A stretch of 64,000 bases of DNA from Candidatus Acidiferrales bacterium (GTDB taxonomy: Bacteria; Acidobacteriota; Terriglobia; Acidiferrales; UBA7541), in contig CAVSDV010000023.1 of NCBI GenBank assembly GCA_963726725.1, positions 15,203-79,202 of the forward strand, given 5' to 3'. Under the pieces are notes generated by a model. That model saw only the letters and a program-made list of their open reading frames with translations. It was not told the origin of the DNA and did no database searches. The position numbers and the translations under genes are program-made. Positions 52,641-63,227 of the stretch are shown here, one piece after another (the stretch's first letter is position 1; each line of letters begins with the position of its first letter).

Positions 52641-54395
52641 ATGAGCGGTCAAAGAATCAAAACCCTATCCCTAGTGGTAGGCGCCACAGTTTTGCTCAGC
52701 TCGGTTACCTTTGCGCAAGACGCAAAGCCAGGAAAACTCAAGATGTCGGTAAGCCCAAAGCAGGCCTACACGTTTGTTGATGGCAAGGCGATTGGTCCCG
52801 GCAATCGGGTCATCAAGCTCGATGTCGGCACCCACCATGTGGTTGTGGCCAACTACGGGTACAAGTTTGTCGAGCAAGATGTCTCGCTGGATTCGGACAA
52901 GACGGTGCCTGTGGACATAAAGCTGGAACCCGTTGGCGCACCCGTGCCAGGCCCGCGTGGTCGCATCCAGATTGAAGCAGGATGGCACCACGGGGCAACA
53001 GCCGCCGCCGTTCTTCTGAACGGCAAGAAGCCCCTGTACTTCGTAGGCCACGTGGATGAGTTCGATAACGACTTTAATTGGCACCAGGAGTTGATTGTGC
53101 CACCAGGGACGCACCAAGTGACGGTCACTCGGGATGGTAAGGAATTGTGGTCCGGCCCGATCACGGTCGCGGCGGACCAGCGCGTGATTGTTGATATCTC
53201 GAATGGAAAAGAAAAGACCAAGCCTTGGCCACGGGGCTCGTCGTGCCCAAGTTATCGCCCCCAATGTGAACTGCCCAAACTGGCGCCACGCTTTACAGCC
53301 GGTATTGCAAGCGCCACCGTCGTTGTGGCTCCTGTCAGCGGGTCGGTCTCTGCCAATCCGCCGAAAATCGATTGCAACCAAAGTACGCAGCTAGCGTGGG
53401 ATTCCAAAGAAACTGTCGAAGCCGACATGAGCGGCATGAGCCCCGTTCCGACGTCGGGCGAGAAAACAATTTCGCCTCGGCAAACCACCGTGTATCAGCT
53501 TACAGCTTCTGGACCAGGTGGCGTGGTAACACCGAGCACGACGGTGGAAGTCAACTCTGTCGTTCAATCATCGCTGAACGCTTCACCCCCGGAGGTCAAG
53601 TACCGCCGCATCGGCGACAAGGTCATGGAACAAGGGAGCACTACTCTGACTTGGTCGTCGTCCAACTCCGACGCGGTTTCGCTGGACCCAGGTGGCTCCG
53701 TTGAACCCAGCGGCACGAAATCCATCACCCTCGGCCCAACGCAAAGCGGCACCGGCCCAGTGGACGAAGAGTTCAAATACACTCTGAAGTCGACGAATGT
53801 GTGCGGTGGCACGGACACCAAGACGGTAGCGGTACACCTGAAAGGCTCCGTCGACCCCGTTCCGTCTGTGCTTCTCCGCAGCGTTTTTTTCCCAACCGCC
53901 TATCCTACTAAGGAGGACCCGACCCTGGGACTCGTTCGCAGTCAGCAGGAAGTATTGACAGCCCTCGCGACCGGATTCAAACAATATCTCGAATACGACC
54001 CTGACGCGAAGTTGTCGCTTGGCGGATACACGGACGAGCGCGGCGCGGATAAGTACAACGATTCCTTATCCGAACTCAGGGTCCAACGCGTCAAGGAGTT
54101 CCTGGTTTCACAGGGAATCGCCGCCGAAAAGATCGATACCTCAGCGTACGGCAAGCAGAAACAGCTGGACAAAGCTACGATTAGCGACCTGCAGACGCGC
54201 AATCCTAACCAGCCTCCTGAAAAGTGGGTGCGCGATTCCCGTACGACCTGGCTGGCTTACAATCGTCGCGTTGACATCGTTCTCATGCCTGCCAACGCCG
54301 AGTCGGTGCCTTTGTATCCCAATCAAGCTCCGGATTCCCAAATTCTTTGGCAGATTCCCAAACCGGCCCGCAGCACAATTGAAGCGTACAACTAA
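52641..54395 (+). CDS. OmpA-family protein with PEGA and Ig-like domains
   Basis: Signal peptide; GYTDERG...NDSLSELRVQRVKEFL, NRRVDI; AGGAG RBS. Confidence 0.88.
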   Translation: MSGQRIKTLSLVVGATVLLSSVTFAQDAKPGKLKMSVSPKQAYTFVDGKAIGPGNRVIKLDVGTHHVVVANYGYKFVEQDVSLDSDKTVPVDIKLEPVGAPVPGPRGRIQIEAGWHHGATAAAVLLNGKKPLYFVGHVDEFDNDFNWHQELIVPPGTHQVTVTRDGKELWSGPITVAADQRVIVDISNGKEKTKPWPRGSSCPSYRPQCELPKLAPRFTAGIASATVVVAPVSGSVSANPPKIDCNQSTQLAWDSKETVEADMSGMSPVPTSGEKTISPRQTTVYQLTASGPGGVVTPSTTVEVNSVVQSSLNASPPEVKYRRIGDKVMEQGSTTLTWSSSNSDAVSLDPGGSVEPSGTKSITLGPTQSGTGPVDEEFKYTLKSTNVCGGTDTKTVAVHLKGSVDPVPSVLLRSVFFPTAYPTKEDPTLGLVRSQQEVLTALATGFKQYLEYDPDAKLSLGGYTDERGADKYNDSLSELRVQRVKEFLVSQGIAAEKIDTSAYGKQKQLDKATISDLQTRNPNQPPEKWVRDSRTTWLAYNRRVDIVLMPANAESVPLYPNQAPDSQILWQIPKPARSTIEAYN

Positions 54396-54624
54396 GCGCT
54401 CCAATCCTGACGGCAGAGTTAGAGGGTCTTTCCTAGACCTGGACGAGTTGGCTTCAAAAGAGTTGGCCGAATTGGTACCGGTTAGTTTCCGGGAAAAGTG
54501 ACGTGTTTGTTCTTTCTGGTTGATGTTCGTCACATCCCAAACGAACACTTGGCGGTATCTGTATCGGTGTCAGTGTTGTTTGTCCCTGATTCGGGAGGTG
54601 GCATGAATGTGTAGCGCAATATCC

Positions 54625-54805
54625 TCCCGCCCAAGACTGGACGACCTCAAAAAAGAAGCAAGACAGTTGCTTCATTCCCTACACCGGCGGGACGCCGCCG
54701 CAGTTAGACGCTATCATTCCATCGACAAATTGGCTGGCTTGGCTCAACCGAGACTGGACGACGCTCAATACGTTGCCGCCCGAGAGCACGTCTACGGCAG
54801 TTGGC
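54625..54805 (+). pseudogene. Fragment of the N-terminal module seen in ankyrin-repeat proteins
   Basis: RPRLDDLKKEARQLL...LDDAQYVAAREHVYGSW. Confidence 0.55.
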
Positions 54806-54888
54806 GCGGGTCTATCTGGAAAAAACGTTTACCGTCGTTGGGGAGTTATGGATGGTCGTGCTATGGTAGCGGAAGCCATTGCTGAAGC

Positions 54889-55215
54889 GGGGGCGCAGAT
54901 GTGATTCTCAGTACCTCCAATTCGACTAAGTCCATGGCGAATAGCATTCAGGGACTGAGGCCGGACGGACGGCTTGTCACAATGGGCGCGGACGCCGAGC
55001 CGCTCTCGATTTCTCTGATGGACCTCATCATGAAGCGCATTCGTGTCATTGGCAGCCAGCAAAACGGCCCCGAATATCTATACGAAGCCCTTGATTTCGT
55101 AGCGCAAGGAAAAGTTAAAACGATAGTCGAGACGTACCCATTGGCCGAGGCGCCGAAGGCATATGAGCGCGTTGTGGAGGGCAAGACCCGGTTCCGCCCC
55201 GTCCTCACAATGTAA
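54889..55215 (+). pseudogene. C-terminal fragment of a Zn-dependent alcohol dehydrogenase
   Basis: GADVILS...GLRPDGRLV...GKVK...GKTRFRPVL, same family as 41395-42396. Confidence 0.75.
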
Positions 55216-55387
55216 TCGCCGACCCGAGTTGTGTCGGGCGGATCACGGGGTATTTTCCCCCGAATCAGATCAGGGAAGAGTAGCCGACCAACCGCCCAAT
55301 GATGAGCGGATTCAGAGGTTGTGAGGGCTATCGCGATTTTTCGCTAACAATCCTCAGCCCGTTTGCTAGGCTGATCCGGGGACAAGA

Positions 55388-56917
55388 ATGTTCACAGACC
55401 TGAATTCATCCCTCCGGGCACTCCTGCTCGCAATTGTGTGTGTTGCGTTGCTGCTGATTGCCTGCGGCAAAAAAGAAGCTACGCCGCAAGGTACCGACCA
55501 GACCAAGCAACAAGGGGCTGTCTCCGGTCCGACATCGTCCACCGCGACGAATGCTCTGTTTTTACCGCTTCACTTCGAGCACCACACCGGCGATCTCGAC
55601 GAAATGGTGAAGAGGCGCAACATCCGTGCGCTTGTCATTCTTAATCCCATCGGCTTCTTTTATGACAAGGGACGTCCCCGAGGCGCCATCTATGAATCGC
55701 TGGAAGAGTTCCAGAGGTTTGCCAACAAGAAGCTTAAGACTGGACCCGTGCAGCTGAAAGTCACATACCTGCCGGTCGCACCGCCTCAAGCGGAAGCCGC
55801 CCTCAGCGAAGGAATGGGTGACTTCGTCGCGAACGGCATTGCTGTCACTCCTGAGCGTGAGAAGCGGTTTGCCTTTTCCGTCCCTATTCAGACCAATGTG
55901 ACCCGGATCGTAGTGAGCGGACCCGGGTTCGGCTCGTTTTCCACCCTCGACGAACTTGCAGGGAAGGAAATCTATGTCAATCCGCTCACGATCGCCTACC
56001 AGGAACTGCGGAAGTTGAACGATTCGCTGCAGAAAGCAGGCAAGACGCCGATACACGTTCGGGAAGCTGACAAGAATCTCACCGACGACGATCTGGTCCA
56101 GATGGTCAACGCCGGCCTGATCCCCGCCACCATCACTACGCGGGAGCGCGCCGAACTGTGGTCAAAGGTCTTCGATAACTTGAGGGCGCATCCCGACGTG
56201 CCGCTCGTCACCGAGGGACAAACCGCGCTGGTTATGCGCAAGAACAATCCCCAGCTCAAACAGCTTCTGGATGAATTCGTCGCCAGCCATGGAGTTGGTA
56301 CGTCTTTCGGAAACACGATCTTGCGTCGCTACCTGAAGAATACCAAGTGGGTGAAAAATTCCACCTCCGGCAAAGAGATGGAAAAGTTTCGCGCCACCAT
56401 TGCGCTGTTTCAGAAATATGCTGCGCAATACGATTTTGATTACCTGATGCTGGCCGCACAGGGCTACCAGGAATCCATGCTGAACCAGAACCTGCGCAGC
56501 CCGCGGGGTGCGGTGGGAATCATGCAGGTCATGCCCAGATACGCCGCCGCCTCACCCATTAACATCGCCAACGTGGGCGTAGCCGACGCCAACATTCACG
56601 CCGGGGTTAAGATGCTGCGCAACATCGCCGACACCTATTTCAACGACCCCAAGCTGAATCCTGTCGACCGCACGATGTTCGTCTTTGCCAGCTACAATGC
56701 CGGCCCGACCCGCGTCGCCCGCCTGCGCAAGCAGGCCGCAGAAAGCGGACTCAATCCTGATGTCTGGTTCGAAAACGTTGAACTGATAGCCGCCCAGGAC
56801 ATCGGGCAGGAAACCGTCACCTACGTCCGAAACATTTACAAATACTACGTAGCCTACAAACTTCTTGCTGAACGGGAAGCGGAGCGCCAAAAGGCCCGCG
56901 AATCCATCAAACAATAA
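55388..56917 (+). CDS. MltF-like lytic transglycosylase (SBP_bac_3 + SLT), lipoprotein
   Basis: LIAC lipobox, GDLDEMVKRR, AQGYQES, GAVGIMQV, ASYNAGP, ETVTYV. Confidence 0.9.
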   Translation: MFTDLNSSLRALLLAIVCVALLLIACGKKEATPQGTDQTKQQGAVSGPTSSTATNALFLPLHFEHHTGDLDEMVKRRNIRALVILNPIGFFYDKGRPRGAIYESLEEFQRFANKKLKTGPVQLKVTYLPVAPPQAEAALSEGMGDFVANGIAVTPEREKRFAFSVPIQTNVTRIVVSGPGFGSFSTLDELAGKEIYVNPLTIAYQELRKLNDSLQKAGKTPIHVREADKNLTDDDLVQMVNAGLIPATITTRERAELWSKVFDNLRAHPDVPLVTEGQTALVMRKNNPQLKQLLDEFVASHGVGTSFGNTILRRYLKNTKWVKNSTSGKEMEKFRATIALFQKYAAQYDFDYLMLAAQGYQESMLNQNLRSPRGAVGIMQVMPRYAAASPINIANVGVADANIHAGVKMLRNIADTYFNDPKLNPVDRTMFVFASYNAGPTRVARLRKQAAESGLNPDVWFENVELIAAQDIGQETVTYVRNIYKYYVAYKLLAEREAERQKARESIKQ

Positions 56918-56964
56918 TTGCACTCGTTTTCTCGGGATTCAGGGCGAATCCGAAAGAGGTCTGT

Positions 56965-57095
56965 ACGCACTGACCAGCAGCGCGACCGTGATCGCAATAT
57001 AAAGAACACCGGTTGTTCCCTCAAGCGCTGCCAAGATGCTCACTTCGCCCTGTAGAGGACACCATCGCCATAACCGATTGTTGAGAGGGTAGCGT
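56965..57095 (-). pseudogene. Potassium-channel pore fragment
   Basis: ATLSTIGYGD filter followed, after a frameshift, by LAALEGTTGVLYIAITVALLV. Confidence 0.65.
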
Positions 57096-57280
57096 TGCTA
57101 TCTTGGCTGCTTGAAAGATCGTGGGATAGCGATGCAACAGCGAGAAGTACCTCTAATGATGTGCGTTTCATGAGAGAAACCCTGCACAAACTACCACAAC
57201 TCGTCTCTGACCTGTTGCCCCGCAAAGGATTTTTGTGCCTCTTTGGTTGTTTCGCAATGCATAGTTCCGGGTACTTGTTA

Positions 57281-58030
57281 TTACTGCTTGCCTGCTGACA
57301 GGTTCTTGGGGGATTTGGCCGCCAGTGTCGCGAGCAATTCCTTCGCAGAGTCGGGCACTTGTACTTTTCCCGTCCAGATCTCTTCCCCACTCACCTTTTT
57401 CCCGTACAGGTCTTCGTTCGCACCACTGTCGGGTCCAAGCGAGGTTCCCGACAAAGACACTCCGGCGAATACCCCAGATGTACGCGAATAGGAGAGCATT
57501 TCTGCACTCATCGCAGCATTGGTGGCCGCTTCCGCATTCCGGCCGACCGGACCCGCAGCGATGCTCGCGTCAGCACCCAGCTTGGCTTTTCCGTTCATTA
57601 TCTTGCGTGCCCCCTTGTCGTTGAGTACCAGGATGACATAGTCAATGGCTTGGCCCCCTGCCTGAAAACCGACACTGCCACCACTGGACTGCATCATGAT
57701 AGGAGCGCTCCAAGGACCATCGAATTTCGCTCCGGTTCGGCAGCTCATCAACCCCTTGCCATATTGGCCAGCAATGATGAAGCCACCTTTCTTAACGGAA
57801 GGTAGAATGATCACGCATTCTGACTTGTTTAGCAGGTCGGTAGGAATGCCGCTTTCGCTGTTAACCAGGGCATCGAGCACCTCCCCGGAAGCTTTAACCC
57901 GTTCCTGCTCATTTTTTGCCTTGTCATCGGCAAATGTTGTGTGAGGCATTAATAGGCAGAGCACGGCGAAAGAGATGCTCGCCTTACATATCAAGTTCGA
58001 AAACCGTTGGCGGCTTTTGTGTTCAGTCAT
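57281..58030 (-). CDS. Secreted lipid-binding SYLF (Ysc84) domain protein
   Basis: PSVKKGGF, GPWSAP, GGSVGFQAGGQ, LGADASIAAGPVGR, YSRTSGVFAGVSL. Confidence 0.9.
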   Translation of the reverse strand: MTEHKSRQRFSNLICKASISFAVLCLLMPHTTFADDKAKNEQERVKASGEVLDALVNSESGIPTDLLNKSECVIILPSVKKGGFIIAGQYGKGLMSCRTGAKFDGPWSAPIMMQSSGGSVGFQAGGQAIDYVILVLNDKGARKIMNGKAKLGADASIAAGPVGRNAEAATNAAMSAEMLSYSRTSGVFAGVSLSGTSLGPDSGANEDLYGKKVSGEEIWTGKVQVPDSAKELLATLAAKSPKNLSAGKQ

Positions 58031-58830
58031 GAAAGTCTCCTTCCATATGGGCGCAGTAGCCGGATTCCGAGCGAAGTGGAAATGAACAACAGGCCAAGCA
58101 GTCCGACCAAAGGCAAGTTACTCCCGGTCTTCGGCAGCTTCGTAGCCGGAGCGGTGGCGGCTGTTTCCGCAGTTGCTGGAGCTGGCGCAGCGGCTGGCTT
58201 CCCTGTGGCAACAAGGATCGGAACATCCGCGGGCGGCGCCTGTGGGGGAGTTGGCATAGTCCCCGAAACATGCTTGTGTTGAGACACCACGGTTTCCGGA
58301 ACCTCGACGATCTTGGTGGCAGTGACAACCATTCCCTTTTTCAGGCCGAAGGCATCGACCTGCTGGCCGTCGACCGTAAATTTTTGGCCATTGGGAATCT
58401 TGAAGGACTGATTCGTTCCGTCTTCCAGTGTGAGGATCACCGAGTTAGGCGGCGTGACGTGCCACACCTTCCCGGTAACGGTCTGGACCGTCGTGATCGT
58501 TTGGGGAGTGGACGCGGTAATGATGCTTCGCTGGAGTTTCATGCCCGGCTTCAGGTCATGAATACCGAGTTCCTTGCCATCCACGGTGACCTTGGCGCTT
58601 TCCGGGACATTGGGGAAGTGGCGAATGGTGCCATCCTCCATCTTGACGACGAGGTCGTTGCCGTTCACAAGCACAACTTCTCCACGTTCCATCTGAACTT
58701 GCATAGTGGTCCGCCCTACCGTCGTGGACTTTTCGGTTTGGACTTGCGCATTCGTAGAAATCGCCAACACGAAACAGAGTGCTCCCAACAACAATACCAG
58801 TGCTGTTTTTGCCCAATTGCCTGACTTCAT
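58027..58830 (-). CDS. Secreted protein with C-terminal LPXTG-type sorting signal
   Basis: Signal peptide, two beta repeats (DLKPGM / GLKKGM), Pro/Ala linker, LPKTG + hydrophobic helix + basic tail. Confidence 0.8.
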   Translation of the reverse strand: MKSGNWAKTALVLLLGALCFVLAISTNAQVQTEKSTTVGRTTMQVQMERGEVVLVNGNDLVVKMEDGTIRHFPNVPESAKVTVDGKELGIHDLKPGMKLQRSIITASTPQTITTVQTVTGKVWHVTPPNSVILTLEDGTNQSFKIPNGQKFTVDGQQVDAFGLKKGMVVTATKIVEVPETVVSQHKHVSGTMPTPPQAPPADVPILVATGKPAAAPAPATAETAATAPATKLPKTGSNLPLVGLLGLLFISTSLGIRLLRPYGRRLS

Positions 58831-59003
58831 TTCTTCCTCCTTGATTGAATCAACTGAATGATTTCTTGAACCCGGGTCGCTTTTTCGCAACTAACTTCAT
58901 TGAAACTCAGAACTTGCGGTTGTCCTCGGAACCAGGCGCATGGTCCAGCCTCTTCTGCGAGACAGGACCATGCGCTCTTCACGTCGTTCGCCAATTGAAC
59001 GGC

Positions 59004-59245
59004 TCAGCTTGTAGCTCTCGCCGCGAGCTTCGCTTCGATGACGTGACGGATCAAACGCTTCGTCCTTTCGACGAAGGCCAAATGGTCGGCGAGGCAGCTC
59101 TCGAGCAGCACACCAACGCCATGGTGACCGGAAAGATCGGCGGCAGCGACCAGCGTAACGTATTCCGCTGTGCGCATGTGGCTCAAGTGATTGGCCTTTG
59201 CCAATACGAAGAGCCGCTTCGCCTCCGGGGACTGGATCTCCGCAA
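59004..59245 (-). pseudogene. C-terminal fragment of ferritin-like protein
   Basis: AEIQSPEAKRLFVLAKANHLSH...EYVTLVAAAD...LLESCLAD; 5' part missing. Confidence 0.5.
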
Positions 59246-59692
59246 GTTATAGCGTTCTCGTCTCCGCTGCTACTAGGGATTCCCCTAGTCCAAAAAAGTG
59301 AAAAGAACTCGCGATATGCGATTCACTGAGCGGGTGGATCATCAGGGCAGAACTCACAGAGAGATGGCTCCTTGCAGCAAAGGAAGGAGCCATCCTTATT
59401 TTATGACCCAGACGTGAGACAAGATTCAGTACACTGAAATAGTGCAGCGGCCCATCCGCCTGCACGCACAAGCCCGGGTACAGTCACACTCCGCGCTCCG
59501 TACGCCCTCCCGCCCAGCGCCCCAGTGCCTTGCTGCTAGTGCTGGTCGTGTGTCTCAATTGCGGGAAAGCGGAATTTACTATTCCCAGAGATGAATTAAC
59601 CCTACTGGCTGAGAGTCACGGCCCTTAGGGGAATCCCTAGTTACGCACGAGCCACGCGCCGTCGTAAATTGCCCGTATCGGGGAGGTGCGAA

Positions 59693-60229
59693 ATGAATTG
59701 CAGGAAGCGAACTGCATTTTGGTGCATGACAATGTTAGCCGTGGTCAGCCTTTCCACCGTGGCACAAGCTCAAACAAATCCGTTTACGAAGGCGCAGGTT
59801 GGCGACCGCATCCGCAAGGTGGAAGACGGCGTGGACCAATTCCGCAACTATCTCGACAATCGCGGACAAGACGCCAATAACCGCGCCGACTCGGCTAAGA
59901 GCAGCGGAGCGACAACACGACGCCAGGGTTCGAATCCGGCAAACACAGACGCTCGTGCGAACCAAGCCAAGCAAACAAAAGACGACCTTGAAAATGCCAT
60001 GGATGATTTGAATCGCACGACAAACCGTCTTCGGCGCAAGTTCGACCCAACGTCGAATTATCTTGAAACAAAGGCACAAATGGAGCAGGTCATGGACAGT
60101 GCGCGCCGCGTCAATCAGGTGATGACGAAGGGGAATTACGGTAGTCAGGCAGAAAAATACTGGGCCGCTTTGCGCGCGAATATCAATGACCTTGCGCGAT
60201 GCTACAACTTGACTCCCATGGGCGCGTAG
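59693..60229 (+). CDS. Secreted alpha-helical hypothetical protein
   Basis: GGAGG RBS, signal peptide AQA-Q, W..LR..INDLAR.Y C-terminus. Confidence 0.75.
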   Translation: MNCRKRTAFWCMTMLAVVSLSTVAQAQTNPFTKAQVGDRIRKVEDGVDQFRNYLDNRGQDANNRADSAKSSGATTRRQGSNPANTDARANQAKQTKDDLENAMDDLNRTTNRLRRKFDPTSNYLETKAQMEQVMDSARRVNQVMTKGNYGSQAEKYWAALRANINDLARCYNLTPMGA

Positions 60230-60449
60230 ACTCCTGGAAAAGTGGATATTAGTGCAGTGCCCCGTAATTTCGTTTTACATTCACGCTGGGATGGCGCTTT
60301 TTGTGACTGCTAGCTGGCCGCTTGGCCCTGCCAAGTTTTGGCTCACACGATTGCGGGTTACGGCGATGGTTGGTTTGGATTTAGCAGCGACCAAGCGCTG
60401 CACCGCCTACGGCCCGTTCTCGAACTCAAACATGAAAAGCAGGTGAATT

Positions 60450-61313
60450 ATGACTCAGACCAAGATACTTGACGGAGTCAAACTTGAATCGATTTTTCAT
60501 CCATCAGATTTTTCCGAGGCCAGCGAAGTCGCCTTCGTGCACGCTCTGAAGATGGCACTGGTGGCTGGAGCCAAACTTACAATGCTCCATGTCGAGGCGA
60601 GTCCCGGTGCCGAATGGCAGGACTTTCCCGGCGTCCGCGACACGCTCGAGCGATGGGGGCTCATCCCGAAAGACAGCCCCAAGAGCGCGGTTGGGCAGCT
60701 CGGCATAAAGGTCGCCAAAGTTCTCAAGTTGAGCAATGATCCGGTGAAAGCCTGTCTTGGTTTTCTCGAAAAGAATCCTACAGATCTGATCGTGTTGGCA
60801 GTTCGCCAGCACGAGGGCCGCATGCGCTGGTTGGGGAAATCGGTGGGCGGACCGATCGCGCGCAGAGCCGGACAAATGACGCTATTCACCCCCCACGGCG
60901 TGGAGGGCTTCGTCTCGCGACAGGACGGCTCGATCTCTCTCCGGAATATCCTCATTCCGGTTGCGATCAAACCCCGCCCGCAGCCGAGCGTGGAAGCCGC
61001 TGCCCGTTTGATCCGCAACCTCCAGTTGCCAGCTGGCATGGTCACGGTGCTCCACGTCGGACCCACTGCCGAAATGCCGTCGCTAAAGCTCCCCAAGGAC
61101 ACCGACTGGACCTGGACCAAGGTGGTCAAGGTCGGTGAACCGGCCGACGTCATCTTGCAAACTGCCGCGGAGCTTCGCACGGATGTGATCATCATGACAA
61201 CCGACGGTCCTGACGGATTTCTCGATGCCCTACGCGGGACCACATCCGAGCGAGTGCTACGCAAGGCGCGTTGTCCTGTGGCCAATCTGCCAGTGGGGTC
61301 GATGTTGGGCTGA
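60450..61313 (+). CDS. Tandem universal stress protein
   Basis: IFHPSDFSEAS, DLIVL, GEPADVI, GTTSERVLRKARCPV. Confidence 0.9.
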   Translation: MTQTKILDGVKLESIFHPSDFSEASEVAFVHALKMALVAGAKLTMLHVEASPGAEWQDFPGVRDTLERWGLIPKDSPKSAVGQLGIKVAKVLKLSNDPVKACLGFLEKNPTDLIVLAVRQHEGRMRWLGKSVGGPIARRAGQMTLFTPHGVEGFVSRQDGSISLRNILIPVAIKPRPQPSVEAAARLIRNLQLPAGMVTVLHVGPTAEMPSLKLPKDTDWTWTKVVKVGEPADVILQTAAELRTDVIIMTTDGPDGFLDALRGTTSERVLRKARCPVANLPVGSMLG

Positions 61314-61349
61314 AGTAAGCACGCGACTCGGTGCGTGAATTTCGACCGT

Positions 61350-61490
61350 TCCTTTTTTTGAGGTGCTCGATTTGTTGTTGGCGATTTCTTTGGTCGTAAT
61401 ACGTGGCACCTTTGTCGAGGTAGTGCTGACCGTACTTGAGCATTCGATAGACGAGTCGGGCGAGTCGGTGAGCCATGGCAGTGATAGCTT
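61350..61490 (-). mobile_element. IS110-family transposase C-terminal scrap
   Basis: AITAMAHRLARLVYRMLKYGQHYLDKG..YY. Confidence 0.7.
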
Positions 61491-61494
61491 CGGG

Positions 61495-61706
61495 ACACCG
61501 AGCTTCGTGCGTAACCGTCAGTACTGCGGTGGTGCCGGAGTATGGCCCACGTGCAGCGCATCCGAGCAAACTCGGCGCGTATAAGCCGTATTTGGAGGAG
61601 CGGCTGCGCGCCGGGGTGTGGAACGCGCGTGTGCTACTGCGCGGACTGCGCGAACGGAACTTCACGGGCAGCTACACGATTCTGACGGACTGGTTGCGAC
61701 CGCAAC
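61495..61706 (+). mobile_element. IS21-family IstA N-terminal scrap
   Basis: YGPR..PSKLGAYKPYLEERL.AGVWNARVLLR.LRERNFTGSYTILTDWLRP. Confidence 0.75.
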
Positions 61707-62195
61707 AAGATCTAACCCTCGCACTCCGAATCTGCTTATTGTGGTCCGGAACCACAACTCTCGTGCAAGCTCTTCCACCGGTGCGCTGACATCCTGCAAG
61801 AAACGCTCGTCCGATGCCTCAAGTTGATCTGAGGTGGGGTTGAGGAACCAATAGTCAGTCCAAATTCGAATGAAAAGCCGCCTGGTTAACAGCTGCGGAG
61901 TGAAGTCAAACAACTCGTCTCACTGGCGTCGGTTGAAGAAGCAGAGAACCCCCGATAGACCCTACATCCTTCACCGATCTTGCATCCCTCAACCACGGGC
62001 AGGTGAGCCCGGAGCCCTTGATGCAAATATTTGTGGTTCGCAGGCTCTCTCCAGGCTGGCTTTCGGCAGCAAGCAGATTGAAACTGACTCGACGCGACCA
62101 ACGCTTGACCAATGGAGCGGAGTCCGCCACGCGGGGAGGCGATGGCTCCCCGGCGGGCATGGTCAGGTGCCGCCTGACACCCGCGCATCTTTACT

Positions 62196-63170
62196 TTACG
62201 GTAGAGGAGCTTCGACCTCTTCGAGGATCCACTTGTCGTTGGCTTCGAGATGGCAATCGTAGCCGTAGAACCGATTGTTGAAGATGTGTTGAAACAAGCA
62301 GGCACGCTGCCCTTTCATCACGGGATTTCCCGCAACGGGCTGAAAATCGCCGTTAGGAGCATTGGCCGCGAATACTTTTACCTGCCATTCTCCCTCAGGA
62401 TCATTTGTGTAACGGTGTGGATAGATTTCCGTGGCCAAGTAATAGATCCCGGAATCCTTTCCTTTTGGCTTGACATAGAGAAGAGTGGGTGCAGCAACCG
62501 TTTGGGTAGAGCGAATAAGAACTTTCTCCGTAGCTTTGTCCAGATTGGAGACCGCAGCGGCGTTACGGCTGACGATCTCAAATTGATCTTTATCATTCCC
62601 GCGATAATAGGTTAGGAAGAACCGACCAGACAGCGGATCGCGAAAGAGGTTCGGATTCTGATTGCGCTGATTAGGCACGCCGGGGACGAGAATCTTCTCC
62701 TCCTTCAGGTGTATGCCATCACGGGAAGTCGCGAGCACAATATGGCTGCTGGGGGTGTCGTAATCACGCACGATGGCGAAATAGAATAGCTCGGGATCTT
62801 TCGGGTCAGCTTTTTCGAGAACGCTGGGCCAGCGGGCATTGGTCCAGAGAGGGTTCTTCTCGTATTTTGTCCAGTGAACCAAATCATTGCTGCGCGCCAG
62901 GCCAATTCCCATCCCTTCGTTGAGGCCGTACCAACCCCAGTAGCGAAAGCCATCGCGATTCAGTTCCAGAACACTCAGGGTATGAGGAAATTCCTTGCCT
63001 TCCCACTCTTGGGCATCGGGAAGGACATGCTGAGGTTTGCTGAGGTCGAGGTAAAGCGTGGCAGCCGATTCCTTCTGTTGCGCGAACGCCATCGACCCTG
63101 TGGCCAAGAAAGCGGCAAACAGGGTTTCCACCAGAACGATGCTAGTTTTCAATTTATTTCTCCTCTCCAC
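62196..63170 (-). CDS. Secreted five-bladed beta-propeller glycosidase-like protein
   Basis: Signal peptide; IGLARSNDLVHWTKYEKNP, LATSRDGIH, NPNLFRDP, GNPVM. Confidence 0.7.
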   Translation of the reverse strand: MERRNKLKTSIVLVETLFAAFLATGSMAFAQQKESAATLYLDLSKPQHVLPDAQEWEGKEFPHTLSVLELNRDGFRYWGWYGLNEGMGIGLARSNDLVHWTKYEKNPLWTNARWPSVLEKADPKDPELFYFAIVRDYDTPSSHIVLATSRDGIHLKEEKILVPGVPNQRNQNPNLFRDPLSGRFFLTYYRGNDKDQFEIVSRNAAAVSNLDKATEKVLIRSTQTVAAPTLLYVKPKGKDSGIYYLATEIYPHRYTNDPEGEWQVKVFAANAPNGDFQPVAGNPVMKGQRACLFQHIFNNRFYGYDCHLEANDKWILEEVEAPLP

Positions 63171-63227
63171 AATCTGGACCTTTGGCGGCGAAAGCCTGAA
63201 ACTTTGCCGCGCAGTTCTGCGCGTATT

